From assembly GCF_009914755.1 (NCBI RefSeq), contig NC_060934.1: a stretch of 64,000 nucleotides of DNA. One strand, written 5' to 3'. Below, piece after piece: positions 34,955-49,099 of this stretch (positions within the stretch are counted from its first letter, which is position 1; every line of letters starts with the position of its first letter). The translations under genes and the position numbers were made by a program. The notes below the pieces were generated by a model, which had not been told where the DNA came from, made no database searches, and was given only the letters and a program-made list of their open reading frames with translations. The DNA is from the human T2T-CHM13v2.0 reference genome, Homo sapiens.

Positions 34955-35680
34955 GTTGGGCGCAGTGGCTCACAACTATAATCCCAGCACTTTGGAATGC
35001 CAAGGCAGGAGGATCACTTGAGGCTCGGAGTTTAAAACCAGCCTGGGCAACATAGTAAGCGCCTGTCTCTACAAAAAAATAAAAATAAAAAAATAAATAG
35101 CTAAGTGTGGTGGTGTGTTCCTGTGGTCCCAACTACTTGGAAGGCTGAAGCAAAGGATTGCTTGAGCCCAGAAGGTTAAGGCTGCTGCGTTGAGCTATGG
35201 TTGCGCCACTGCACCTCCAGCCTGGCCGACAGCAAGACCCTGTTTCAAAAATAATAATAATAAAAGGTAAAATAAAAAAATCATGGTATGACTTGTAGAT
35301 TATTTTAGATTAGTTGTGCATATTTGATTTTTCAAAGGGGGCTCTGAATTAGGAAAAAAATGTTGCTTATTTTTATTTAAAGACACTGTAATTGAGATTT
35401 TCCCTTCTAAATATTCTATGCCAATTTTGATTTGCTGGGATGTGCTTAAGTTCAATCCTGTATGAGTTTGCATTCATATTCCAGCTCATCTTGTTATCAA
35501 CTAAGTATCATCTGCATACTTTGGAGCTTTTGAGTCTTGAGCCAGGCGAGGTGCTTCCCACCTGTAGTCCTGGCTACTCAGGAGACTGAGGAGGGAGGCT
35601 CGCTTGAGCCCAGGAGTTGGAAACCAGCCTGGGCAGTATAACAAGACCTCATCTCGGGGAAGAACGGAAAGGAAAGAAAA
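34955..35680 (+). mobile_element. AluJ (34955-35262) and FLAM-like monomer (35539-35680)
   Basis: Alu consensus. Confidence 0.9.
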
Positions 35681-38292
35681 AGTTTGAGTCTCATCAATAT
35701 CTACCATATTAAAAATTAAAACTGGGAAATTCATTTCATTTAAAATATCAATTGTAAACCCATTATATGGTAACATATGTAACATCTTTGTGAAAAGTAA
35801 TTTTTAAAAAAATAGACATTGAACATCTTAGTAATGTTTGACTTAATAGAAAAAGACACTTAGAATTTCATAATTTCGTATCTGCTTCTGCATTCAATCT
35901 GTTATGATACATCCAGTGTTTTGTTGAGCCTCTGGGTAAACTTCACTGTATGCTTGTGGTAAAATGAGGAAGAAAAAAATAATCATGTTAGTATTATTAT
36001 GAAAATAGTTCTGGTCTTGTGAAAGGCTGTTGGGGTTCCCCAAGGTTTCCTGGATAACACTTGGAGAGCTGCTTTAGAGCATATATTGGCAACCATCCCA
36101 GGCCAAATCTAGAAAACTTTAAATGTTTGCAGGCCTTTCGTTTAAGTCCTCAATATTAGTTACTCTTTTTGTAAAGTTAAGAAATTTGACACCTGCTATT
36201 GCACATCGGCATTGTAAAAATTATCCCATAATTTGAAGGGTTTCTTTTTCCTTAACTCCTTGAGGATGGCAGTGGGGTGGAGAAAATAAAGTTATTGGTA
36301 TGTGATTGTATGCTCTACCCTGGAATTCTGTTAAGTGTAAGGTATCAGCTTGGACTAATCTAGAATTTGATAGGCAAAATCAATGTAGTGTGGTAGACCG
36401 GTGCTCGGGTTTGTGAACTTTCTGTCCTGGAGGTTGTGCCAGAATGTTAATCACTTAAATAGAATGTTTAGTTCAGCTGACTTTTTTTTTTCCTTAAAGC
36501 ACAACTTCTGTGAAAGAAACAGTATGTTTATATATTCAAATGCAAACTCCTTATTTCCTCCAGGATAAGTTGGCAAACCATCACTTGGAAGAGCACTGGC
36601 CTAGACCATACTGACCTCTGGTGTCCTCTGTCCACTAGTCTCAAATCTCATTCTACCTCTTCAGTTCAGTAATTCCACATAACCACTTGGCAAGCAAACC
36701 AAGCCTTCCAGATAACATCCGTAGAAGGGATCAGTTGCATAATAATTTATGTATAGGGAGGAGTAGGTGGTAGGGAAGAACTTCCTGAATTTGGCCCTTT
36801 GTGATTGGGTTCCTAAAGCTTGATTGTAGGCTTCTGGAAGCTAGTGGGATTGAAAATTAACTCTCCACTGCTTTTTGAGGTGTGAGGGCGCAGGGCTGCT
36901 TTGCCACCCTCATTATTTTGGGATGTAAACCTGAGCATATAAATACATGGCAGAGTCTGTGATCTTTTTCCAACTGCCTTCAGAATTATTAGGGGAATTT
37001 CCAGACTCGGTGTTAATTTAGTGGAAATAATAGGCATTTGGAAACCAGAGTTTTTTGTCCTTTGATAAACCACTAATTAGTTTTGTGACCTATAGACAAC
37101 TCATAAGTTCTCTCAGCTTGTTTCCTAGTTGTTAAAATTAAAGCTGGGCCAAGGGTAAGGCAGTGAATAAGACTTCATTTCCTCAAGCTTGAAAATTGTG
37201 GCACGATACAGTGAACCCAGAAGGATAGGCTATGATAGTATAGTACATTATTTCATTTTTTTAAGTGGTTTAATCTTTTTAAATATTTTTTAATTTTTCT
37301 AAATTGACAATTCTACATATTTATGGGGTACATAGTGATGTTTCGATACATACAGTATATTTTTATAATGTTCAAAAGAGTAATTTGCATATCATCTCAT
37401 TTATTTGTGTTGGGAACACTCAAAATCCTCTTTTCTAGCTATTTGACAAAATATAATCAATGTTATTTCAGTAAGCTCCTTTGAAAAAATAAGGAATTCA
37501 ACCAGGATAGTTGAGATTCTACCAGATTTCCTGGGGGCAATTAGATACTTAACTAATCTTTGTGAGATTCGTTTCGTGGAAACTAGACCTTTCAGATCTT
37601 TCTAATTTCATTATGTTACGTTGTCTATAAAACTACCTGGAAGAGACTGTACCTGAGAATTTTTGAAAGACCATTTTTAGTTATGGGAAAAAGAGTGATA
37701 CTGCTAATCCTGTATATTACATGAGAACAAGATTCTGGTTTATGTGTACTTGATCCATCTTGTTGATTTTGAAGGTGAAACAAACTTACAGCTTTTAATT
37801 AGCTTTCTGTTTATGTTTACATATTTTGGTTCCTTTTCTCACTGAGTAACAGTTAATACAGGCAAGATTGTTCTCTTTTATACCATATATAATTAGTATT
37901 GTGCCTTAGAATTTAGAACTGATGATTTCATGCCATCATCTAGTCGAGAGTGCATTCCCCACCCCCATGTTACTGGATTTCAACAATTAAAATTGTGGTG
38001 GGAGATTTTGTCATGCTTTCTAAAATCAAGGTGATGTTAATTTCACAGTTTTCTTTCTGTGCCTAACAATCTAATTTTTATTCTGCTTAATTTTGATATT
38101 TTATAAAGTTCTGTTGTCTTTGAAGATTTTCATAAACTAAGGTCTTATAAATACTTACACAGATAATTGCATTCTAGTTCAGAGTACCTTTATCTCATAA
38201 GTGTTTTCCTGTATGTGTGCTTTGATGTTGTTGATATTTCATGTGATTAAATAGTATTAACATTTTCTAATTGTAAAAAATATATTTTTAAG

Positions 38293-38408
38293 CCTTATGA
38301 TTCTGCAGATGACTGGTCTGAGCATATTAGCTCTTCTGGGAAAAAGTACTACTACAATTGTCGAACAGAAGTTTCACAATGGGAAAAACCAAAAGAGTGG
38401 CTTGAAAG
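38293..38408 (+). CDS. WAC: WAC coding exon 5 (WW domain), 116 nt, phase 0 to 2
   Basis: tttttaag|CCT ... AAAG|gtaatt. Translates [38 protein letters not shown](R), with the WW signature W..G..YYYN...SQWxxP. Confidence 0.98.
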
Positions 38409-38528
38409 GTAATTAGCTTTTAATCTAATTAAACATTATTTCTCTAGCTTGGTTCTACTGGTTAACATCTTACAGCATTAAACATTCTAATTTAGCTTTT
38501 TTATAGTGCTGCCCATCTACACTTTTTA

Positions 38529-38891
<363 letters not shown>

Positions 38892-39275
38892 TCTAGGATA
38901 GATAGGCAGCTGTCCACAAAGGACTTTTGAATAGTCAGTATAGTTAATAAAATACCTACATTTATGCATCTTTAATTTTGATGGAAATTTTAATAGTTTA
39001 ATAAGGCCGTAATGTTTCTTTCACATGTAGAATTAAAATTGCTGAGCTTTGGTTATGGCGTTAGTGGTATAACAATTGGTATAATTTTGCCATTAGTGAG
39101 ACATGTTAGTGTTCTGTTTGCTACGTTCCATCTCACACACCAGTTAAATTATGACCATGTTCACTCCTTTTGTTTTCTGTATACCATTTGTTAGGCATTT
39201 GGCCAGAGCTGTTTAGTATGGAAACTCATGCCCTTAATGTAATTTTTATATGTTTATCTTTTTTTTTATTTTTAG

Positions 39276-39388
39276 AGAACAGAGACAAAAAGAAGCAAAC
39301 AAGATGGCAGTCAACAGCTTCCCAAAAGATAGGGATTACAGAAGAGAGGTGATGCAAGCAACAGCCACTAGTGGGTTTGCCAGTGGAA
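39276..39388 (+). CDS. WAC: WAC coding exon 6, 113 nt, phase 2 to 1
   Basis: tttttag|A GAA CAG ... GGA A|gtaagt. Translates [37 protein letters not shown]. Confidence 0.96.
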
Positions 39389-40134
39389 GTAAGTATTAAT
39401 TTTTTTTCTTTGAAATGTATGTTTGACTTATTCGTATTTATTTTTCAAATCTGTATCCATTGCCGTCTACATATGTAAATTAAAATAAATAGAAACATAC
39501 GGAGATTCTTTTATGTTGGATTTATTATACCCTCCACCATTTTGGTCCCTGAAAAGGGAAAAGATACACGGTCGAGTAGTACAGGTATGTGTTTCCCACT
39601 ACACATTATGGCTATAATGGAGTTGAATTGCAAACAGTAAAATTTTGTTTTGGATTGGTTTCCCCTGATCCCCCCAGACAGGAGCTTCCTCTCCCACCCT
39701 ACCTGCCTGCCCTTAAGTTGTGTCCTATTAAACTGGACACAAATCTCACCGGCTTTTAGTCTAATAATTGAATCATAGCTACACACAGTGACACCAGAAT
39801 AGCTACTTGTTTTTTTATGTTACCAGTGAGTAACTTGTTTATCCTTGTATGTAGAAACTAATTTCACCATGATCACAGATCTGTGTAACATCTCTAGTTT
39901 GAATTTCCACACAATTTTAAAATGTCTACTAGAAAACTTACACCTTTTTGTTCCAAGGTGCTCTTCATCTATAAAACCGTGGGCATACTTCAGTGTTCTT
40001 CTGAGGCCAAATTTTGTGCTAGTGGGACAATTTTGTATAACATACATTTATTTTGTAATTCATTCTCCAAATTTGAAGCTTTATTAAAGGTATTCTATTT
40101 CCACTGGCTTCCCTTAACTTGAATAAAATTTACT

Positions 40135-42300
<2,166 letters not shown>

Positions 42301-42452
42301 AAATATTTTATCAAATGTTAATATTCTCCACAACTTGATACTGAAAATTATATGGATAAAATTTTTAATTTGCGTTTAACTGCTACTAATTTTTATTTTT
42401 GCAAACCTGTGCTTTATATGTTGATGGCTCTATGTTTAGAGAAACCTTACTT

Positions 42453-42632
42453 AGGGTTTCTCAACAGAAGCACTAATGACACTTTGGGTGAAGTAATTGT
42501 TATGGAAGGCTTTCCTGTTTTGTAGGTTGTTGAGCACCATAACTGGCCTCTCCTCACTAGATGCCAGTAGCATACCTCCCCTCTCTCCAGTCAGGACAAG
42601 CAAAGCACCACCCTCTGGGAGGGTGACAAACA
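42453..42632 (+). mobile_element. MER20-like hAT MITE
   Basis: gtttctcaac...cactaatgacactttggg...cactagatgccagtagca. Confidence 0.7.
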
Positions 42633-43990
42633 GGCACTGCTTTAACTGTGTTTATCTAGAGTTGTAAGTATAGAAAGCTGTTACAGCTATAGCGTCCCCT
42701 GTTCCTGTAATGCTGCTGCCCTTTTTTTTTAATTCAAAAATGTTAGAAGTATCATCCTTAATTTTCATTGGAGTACATACGCTTGATACATTTTGACTAG
42801 CGATATAGAACTGAAAGGAAGTTTTCTTGGTTGAGGAAATAAAAATTGTATACAGGGTTGGGCATGATATTATTCCTGCTATGTCTGTCTCTAAAGGTTT
42901 CTGTCTTAGTTGTACCTCATTGCAGGTAGAAACTGTAGAATAAAACTTTTTAAATTTTATGTTCATGCAAGTTGATAGCTTACTTATATATTACTATCAT
43001 ACAACAGATGTTTGTATTCTGTTCATTTTTGTAGATTTTTATATTGTATCATTTATAACACGGAATTTTATGTAGTAAGTCATTGTCAGAAGACCTCGTG
43101 CTTTGATGTGATTGACTTTTTGGGTGGTATTCCGGTACCTTTTGTTGTGGTGTACCATGTAGTGGTTGTGTACTGACAGCTTTGAAACTGACTTCTAGTT
43201 TGAATGTTCCTCCTTCGTTGTTTTGTCTTGGTCTTTACAATTGGAGGAGCTGTGAATTGAAAAAAACTATACAATAATCAACAGAGAGGGCATCCTTTAG
43301 TAAAATTATTGTACATCACATGCTTGGATTTTAGGTCGTTTCTCTCCTTGGAGGTTATTTTAATTCTTTAGTTATTGTTGGGAATATTGTAATTTAGATT
43401 GGACACTTTGAATGAACTTCAACATGATAGTTGAAATTTTCGTTCTTTTTGTACTGTTTTGTGGAATCATGGTGTTAGAATTTAAATTGATAGATTTTGA
43501 ACTGTTTTCAGTATTTCTGAGCTTAAAGTATTTTTGTGGCTTTAAATTGAAAGAGGATTTGTTTTTAATACACCTAGTGATAAGTAGATTGTTCTGACTA
43601 TGCTGCGGGTGTTGGACTTCTATTTTCAGATAGCATTATGCATCATGATTTTATTAACTCTCTGGTATTTGTAACATTAAAAATACTACAGATTGGTTTA
43701 CTTACTGTGTTCACAGTTCATCATAACTTCAGTCATCTTAAAATGATTTCATTTAAGCCTTCTTATAAACTGCTTTAGAGGCAACTAATTGTAGCTTAGT
43801 ATTCAGAAAGACCAGGCTAATAAAGCCTAATATTCCTTTGCAGTTGAACCACTGTGAATAATTCAGTTATTAAAATCTGTGACCTGTAGTGTAAAAGAAC
43901 GAAGCATTTACTTTTTCTGCCTTTAAAACATTTTTTAAAATTTTATAAGATATTATAACTCCATATGTTGATTTTTTTTTTATGTTTTGT

Positions 43991-44084
43991 TTGAACTACA
44001 GTGTGATTCTAAGGAATCCTTAAAAAATGTGTAGCACCCTTGAAATATGAGTATAGATGAATATTTATAGTTGAGCAAAAACTC
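43991..44084 (+). repeat. Copy 1 of a local direct repeat flanking exon 7
   Basis: ttgaactacagtgtgattctaaggaatcct...aatatttatagttgagcaaaaactc. Confidence 0.9.
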
Positions 44085-44281
44085 CTCCTCTTCCAGTATT
44101 GCATATTTACATGCTAGTGGTAAAACTGCAGACACTAACTGGGTTTGCAGTTTTATAAAAGAATATGTAAGTACAAGTATGTTGCTAAATTAGCTGATGT
44201 TAAAGGTAGGATTCTAATGTAATCTTTTTTCTTCCCCCTTCTGTCATTCCAACATCTGTTTTTTCGAACTGTGAACTAAAG

Positions 44282-44590
44282 TGGAAGACAAGCATTCCAG
44301 TGATGCCAGTAGTTTGCTCCCACAGAATATTTTGTCTCAAACAAGCAGACACAATGACAGAGACTACAGACTGCCAAGAGCAGAGACTCACAGTAGTTCT
44401 ACGCCAGTACAGCACCCCATCAAACCAGTGGTTCATCCAACTGCTACCCCAAGCACTGTTCCTTCTAGTCCATTTACGCTACAGTCTGATCACCAGCCAA
44501 AGAAATCATTTGATGCTAATGGAGCATCTACTTTATCAAAACTGCCTACACCCACATCTTCTGTCCCTGCACAGAAAACAGAAAGAAAAG
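44282..44590 (+). CDS. WAC: WAC coding exon 7, 309 nt, symmetric phase 1-1 (skippable in frame)
   Basis: actaaag|TG GAA GAC ... AAA G|gtatgc. Matches ORF 44281..44622, [15 protein letters not shown]...AQKTERK. Confidence 0.97.
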
Positions 44591-45468
44591 GTATGCCATT
44601 ATTACTAGATGCTGCACGTTGAACTATAGTTTCTAAGTTTCTTCTAAGTTTCTTATATATTACATTATTTCCTTTGGCTCTGAATTATAAATTTTTAAAA
44701 AAGTCTTTTAGAATGTTTCTGTGTAGAGTTAGGTGTAGAGTTAGCAATATTTAGCTTTTTTCTTTAATTTATAATTATCCAGCCTCAGAACTGTTTCTTG
44801 CCTCTGAATTTTAAGTCAAGTGCTTAATTTATAACAATAATGGTTTAAGTAATTTGTTAAAGTCAAGTAACTGTCTCTTCAATTTTCTGTTTTTGTGATC
44901 ATTGTCTTGACAGTTTAGTTTATAAATCGTCTCAGTTTTCTCTTAATACTTAATATAAATAGAGGTATTTTAAAACTAATGTCTGTATAACATTTCATTA
45001 TTGGTTTCAGTTTGTGATTAGAAAATTAAGTTGTGGGCCATAAGATAAGGCGTGTTAATGTCTGAATTGGACCTTAAGTCTGAAGAGTGGAAGTTAAACG
45101 TTGCAACCCAAATTGCGTTTATCCAACTCAGTGTCAATAATCATAGCATGTTTAAAAAGTTACAGAAAAATTTAAGAACAACTACTTGGAAGGTGTGACA
45201 CAACATAAGCAGTGTGATAAAATTTGCATAGACCATTCACAATCTGAAACTTGTACTTCATAGTATGTTTTAAGAATCTAAGGAAATTAAAATGTAGTAA
45301 ATAAATTGTCACAGGTAGATCCATTAGCAGACCATTAGTAAGTGTTGATGCGCTTTTAAATGTGCTGTGGGTTTAGGAGAGGCTTGATACATTAATTCAC
45401 ATTGATTCAATTTGTTGACAAAAGGGCTCAAATAGTTGGATTTCTTTTGTTTCTGATTTCCTCTCTCC

Positions 45469-45579
45469 TTGAACTACAGTGTGATTTTAAAGAATCCTAA
45501 AAAAGAACTTGTAGCCCCCTTAAAATCTAGATTAATAGAGACTAATATTTATAGTTGAGCAGAAACTCAACTATAAATA
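45469..45579 (+). repeat. Copy 2 of the direct repeat, ending in a 14-bp perfect hairpin
   Basis: ttgaactacagtgtgattttaaagaatcct...tatttatagttgag-cagaaa-ctcaactataaata. Confidence 0.9.
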
Positions 45580-48500
45580 CATTTTATTTGAAATTTTCTT
45601 ATTACATGTTATATGCATGTAATACATGCATATGTATTATACATGTTATTTGAATTTTCCTTGTTATTCAACCATATACTTTAGTATATATATCATACAG
45701 TGCATAATGTGTCAGATTATTGCTTGTTCCAAATGTCAAATTCGGTAAAGATGGTTCGTACCAAAATTCATACATAAAATGTCAGATTTACCCTGTGACA
45801 TATTTGCAAAGAGAAATATTGAGAGATGAAATCTGAATTAATGCTATAGTTAATATATTTTCCATAGGACATTTTGGTTTCTTAAGTTCCTATAATTTTG
45901 ACAATTTGCTCACAGAAAATTTTACTTTAACAATCCTTGTCAGTTAAAATTCTGATGACCCTTTGAAAGTATTTATCCCATGTCACCTTTGTACATTTAA
46001 CACTTTTTAACTCCTTTTTGAAATTCTTTCTCTGGCTTCTGTGATACTACACTCCTTCAGTTGCCTATTTCTGTTCCTTCCTGCTTACATATCAGCATCT
46101 CAGCCTTTTTTCCTCTGTTTGGTTCTTTTTCTTGTTAACCATATTCCTTGGTAGTCATTTTGTTACTGTTATGACTACCAAGTCTTTAGTTCTAGTTCAG
46201 ACTTACGTATCTACTTACCTTCTGTAAACTCTTAGTATTTGTTACGTATCCTCATATACAGTGTGTCCCTAATTTCTCCCTTTCCCACAATTTATTCTTA
46301 GATTCGCAGTAATTGACAGCACTGTTCTTCCTAACTTTGCCTTATTCTTAAACATTCTCACCCACCCACCCATTGAGAAATCTTGGGCTCTTTCTCCTAG
46401 CACTCATTGAAATTCAGATTCTCTCTCTCTGTTTTAATTGTAAAAATCTTTCGTGGAGATTTCACTTACTGAAATTCAGGTCATCTCTCTCCGTTTGTTA
46501 ATTTGTAAAAATCACTGTATTGCTCAGACTGGTCTCAAACTTTTGGCCTCAAGCAGTCTTCTGGCCTTGGCCTCCCAACGTGCTGGGATTACAGGTGCGA
46601 GCCACCGTACCTGGCCAGGTTCTCTTGAAATAATCTCCTGATTATCTTCTTACCCAGTCTATCCGCTTAACAGTGGCATCATTATACCATTTAAATTGAA
46701 TTGTGTCGGCTCCTTGCTTAGAAACTTCTAGTGGTTTTTTAAACATCCAGATGATAAAGTCCATGCTTAGATTATAGCAAGCACTTGACAGGATGGTTGC
46801 AGTCTGTTTTACTAGCTTGGTCTCCATCCGTTGCACTCTTAATTCTCTGTAATTCATCTGTTGCAAACTTGGACATTTGTTAGGACTTGCCATTATCTTT
46901 CCTGTCCTGAGCTTTTGCTAAATAGAACATGTTCTTTCTTTCATTGCTGTCCTGTTGAATCCAATACTCTTTTGTTACAACACTTAAACATTGTAATTTC
47001 AGTTTTTTCACTTAGATTATATCCCCTCTAGGGCTCAACATTATGTTTTACTGTATTTTGTACTTTGTTCACCTTCTAACCCTTCCCTCCATGCAGTTTG
47101 ATGCTAATTGTCTTATGTTCATTTTAGTTTATTCCTTAAAACAACACTGGTGAGGGAAGGTAATATCTCTTATCTTAGAAATGAAGAGCCTAAACATTAC
47201 CCCAATTCAAACGTGTGGTGTTAGAGGCAGCTTCTCCACAACACTGTTCTTTCCTCAAAACCAAATGTAATGAAAGACATAACATACAGCACATCTATGT
47301 CAGTTCGGACGCTCGTAATGTAAAATTTCTGACAGAGTAGATTCGAGTTTAAATTTCACGAAGTGTGTTTGCTAATCACAAGCATGTGCATAATTTATAT
47401 ATAGTATTCTTAAACTTGTAGGAAGAAACTCGATTACCTACCATGGAATTATCTGTTTTTATAGGGGAAATTGTGCAGTCTTTCCAAGTACTTCTCCTTG
47501 TATGTTAATTGAAGACTGTTACATCCTTAGATAAGTTTTATAGCAACTTTAATCTTTACAGATTGTTTTCCATTTAGTCTGTTTAGATTGTTCATTTAGA
47601 TTGTTCTCCATATTTCTGAAATGTCCATTTGACATATTTTTTTCTCAACGGAGACATCCATGTTATTTAAATTAAGCTTTCTATTGACTCTTCTCATCAG
47701 TAGATGATTAAAATGATTAAAACAAGTAAAATTAGTGATTTTACTTGTTTAGGTTTTTCTTAACAACTAAATAATTTATATTAAGCGCTGATGGTTCAAA
47801 TCAGGTTGGCCTGTTGTTCTTAAGCACTGATAGTATAGCTGAGCTGTGTCTAAAGATGTCAGTGGTTGATGCTGTGTATAAGAGCAGAGTCTTTGTCTTT
47901 CTTAACCACTGCTCTATTCCTAGTGCTTGACAGATAATAGGCAGTGTGTAAATATTTGTTGTAGATGCCTATACAACAGTGTGTAAATGTTGGATGGATG
48001 CCTATACTACATGTGTGTAATGGATGTTGTATAGGCATCCATGTTCTATGTGTTAAAATATTTGTTGTAGATGGATGCTACAAGAACAGGTGTTGAGAGT
48101 TGGGAGCACTTGCACTGGTCATGGTTTTTAAAAAAGTATTTGGAGAAAAAGAAGTTTGTGTATGTGTTGTGCATCTGATTAAAGCATACCAGCAATGGAT
48201 TTAGATCTGTTTGATGCCAGTGTGTCATTTGAGAGAAAGAACCTAAGGTGAATTCAAGTTTTGTGCCTGCATGAGTAGTCAGAACGGTAGAGAAAGCTGC
48301 AGAGCTCTTTTATTTTTGCAGAGAACAGTCTTGATGTTAGGTAGAGTGAAACAAGGGAGTGAGGTGACCCCATTTAGGTCTATAGTTGTTTGTTAGGGTA
48401 ACATTTGAACATCTATGTATGATCACTTTATTGGACCACCATACAACAAGTAGAGAAACTCTGATACACCAAAAAAATACAAAATTGAATTTTATCAGTT

Positions 48501-49099
48501 GGCACCCCAATGGCCATTTTAAACCTGCTCTAACTCTGCCATCCCTTCTAGATTGGTGAAATGACAAAATAGGAAACGTGGGTCCTTATTGTTTGCTATG
48601 ACCAAGTTGTCAGGAGAGTTTAATATCCTTATTCAGTAAGTTCTCTATTTAGTGATTTAGAATTATGATTTATTAGCAGAGATAAATTTGAAAACAAAAC
48701 AAAGTAGCCATAGAATTAGACCTATTTAGTAATCTCAAGCTAGCTCTCCGTATGAACATGTGTAAATAATCACATACTCACATGCTGGTGCCATATGTAA
48801 AGGGCAGGACAGACTAGTCGTTTTAATATGAGGTGTGAGTCAGTCACTTGAAGTAAAATTTCCTTCTGTTTTTATGCTATCTGTAGACTAAATGACAATT
48901 GAATGAACTCAAAAACTTCAGTATGTGTTAAAGCTAGGCTCTTATAGCTGATGTAGATGGTCATTAACTGGCAGTGGTAGTGGGCCAACTTCAGCACTCA
49001 GTTGCTTTGCTTTAAAATAATTTTTAGGCTTACTAAATATTCATGAAAAGTTAGAAAGATTGGCCATAGTTATTCAAATATTTATTGAATAATCGAATA

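Noticed and set aside
42749-42760. gtatcatcctta resembling a U12-type 5' splice site
   Set aside because: It does not match the near-invariant RTATCCTT and has no adjacent exon.
44134-44139. CACTAAC as a distal branch point for exon 7
   Set aside because: Several AG dinucleotides lie between it and the acceptor (e.g. 44149, 44204, 44208). It is kept only as a candidate QKI/SF1 site.
44591-44622. ORF-track extension [10 protein letters not shown] after exon 7 and its GTG start
   Set aside because: It is read-through past the G|gtatgc donor. The Met codon is actually formed by the exon 6/7 junction (A|TG).
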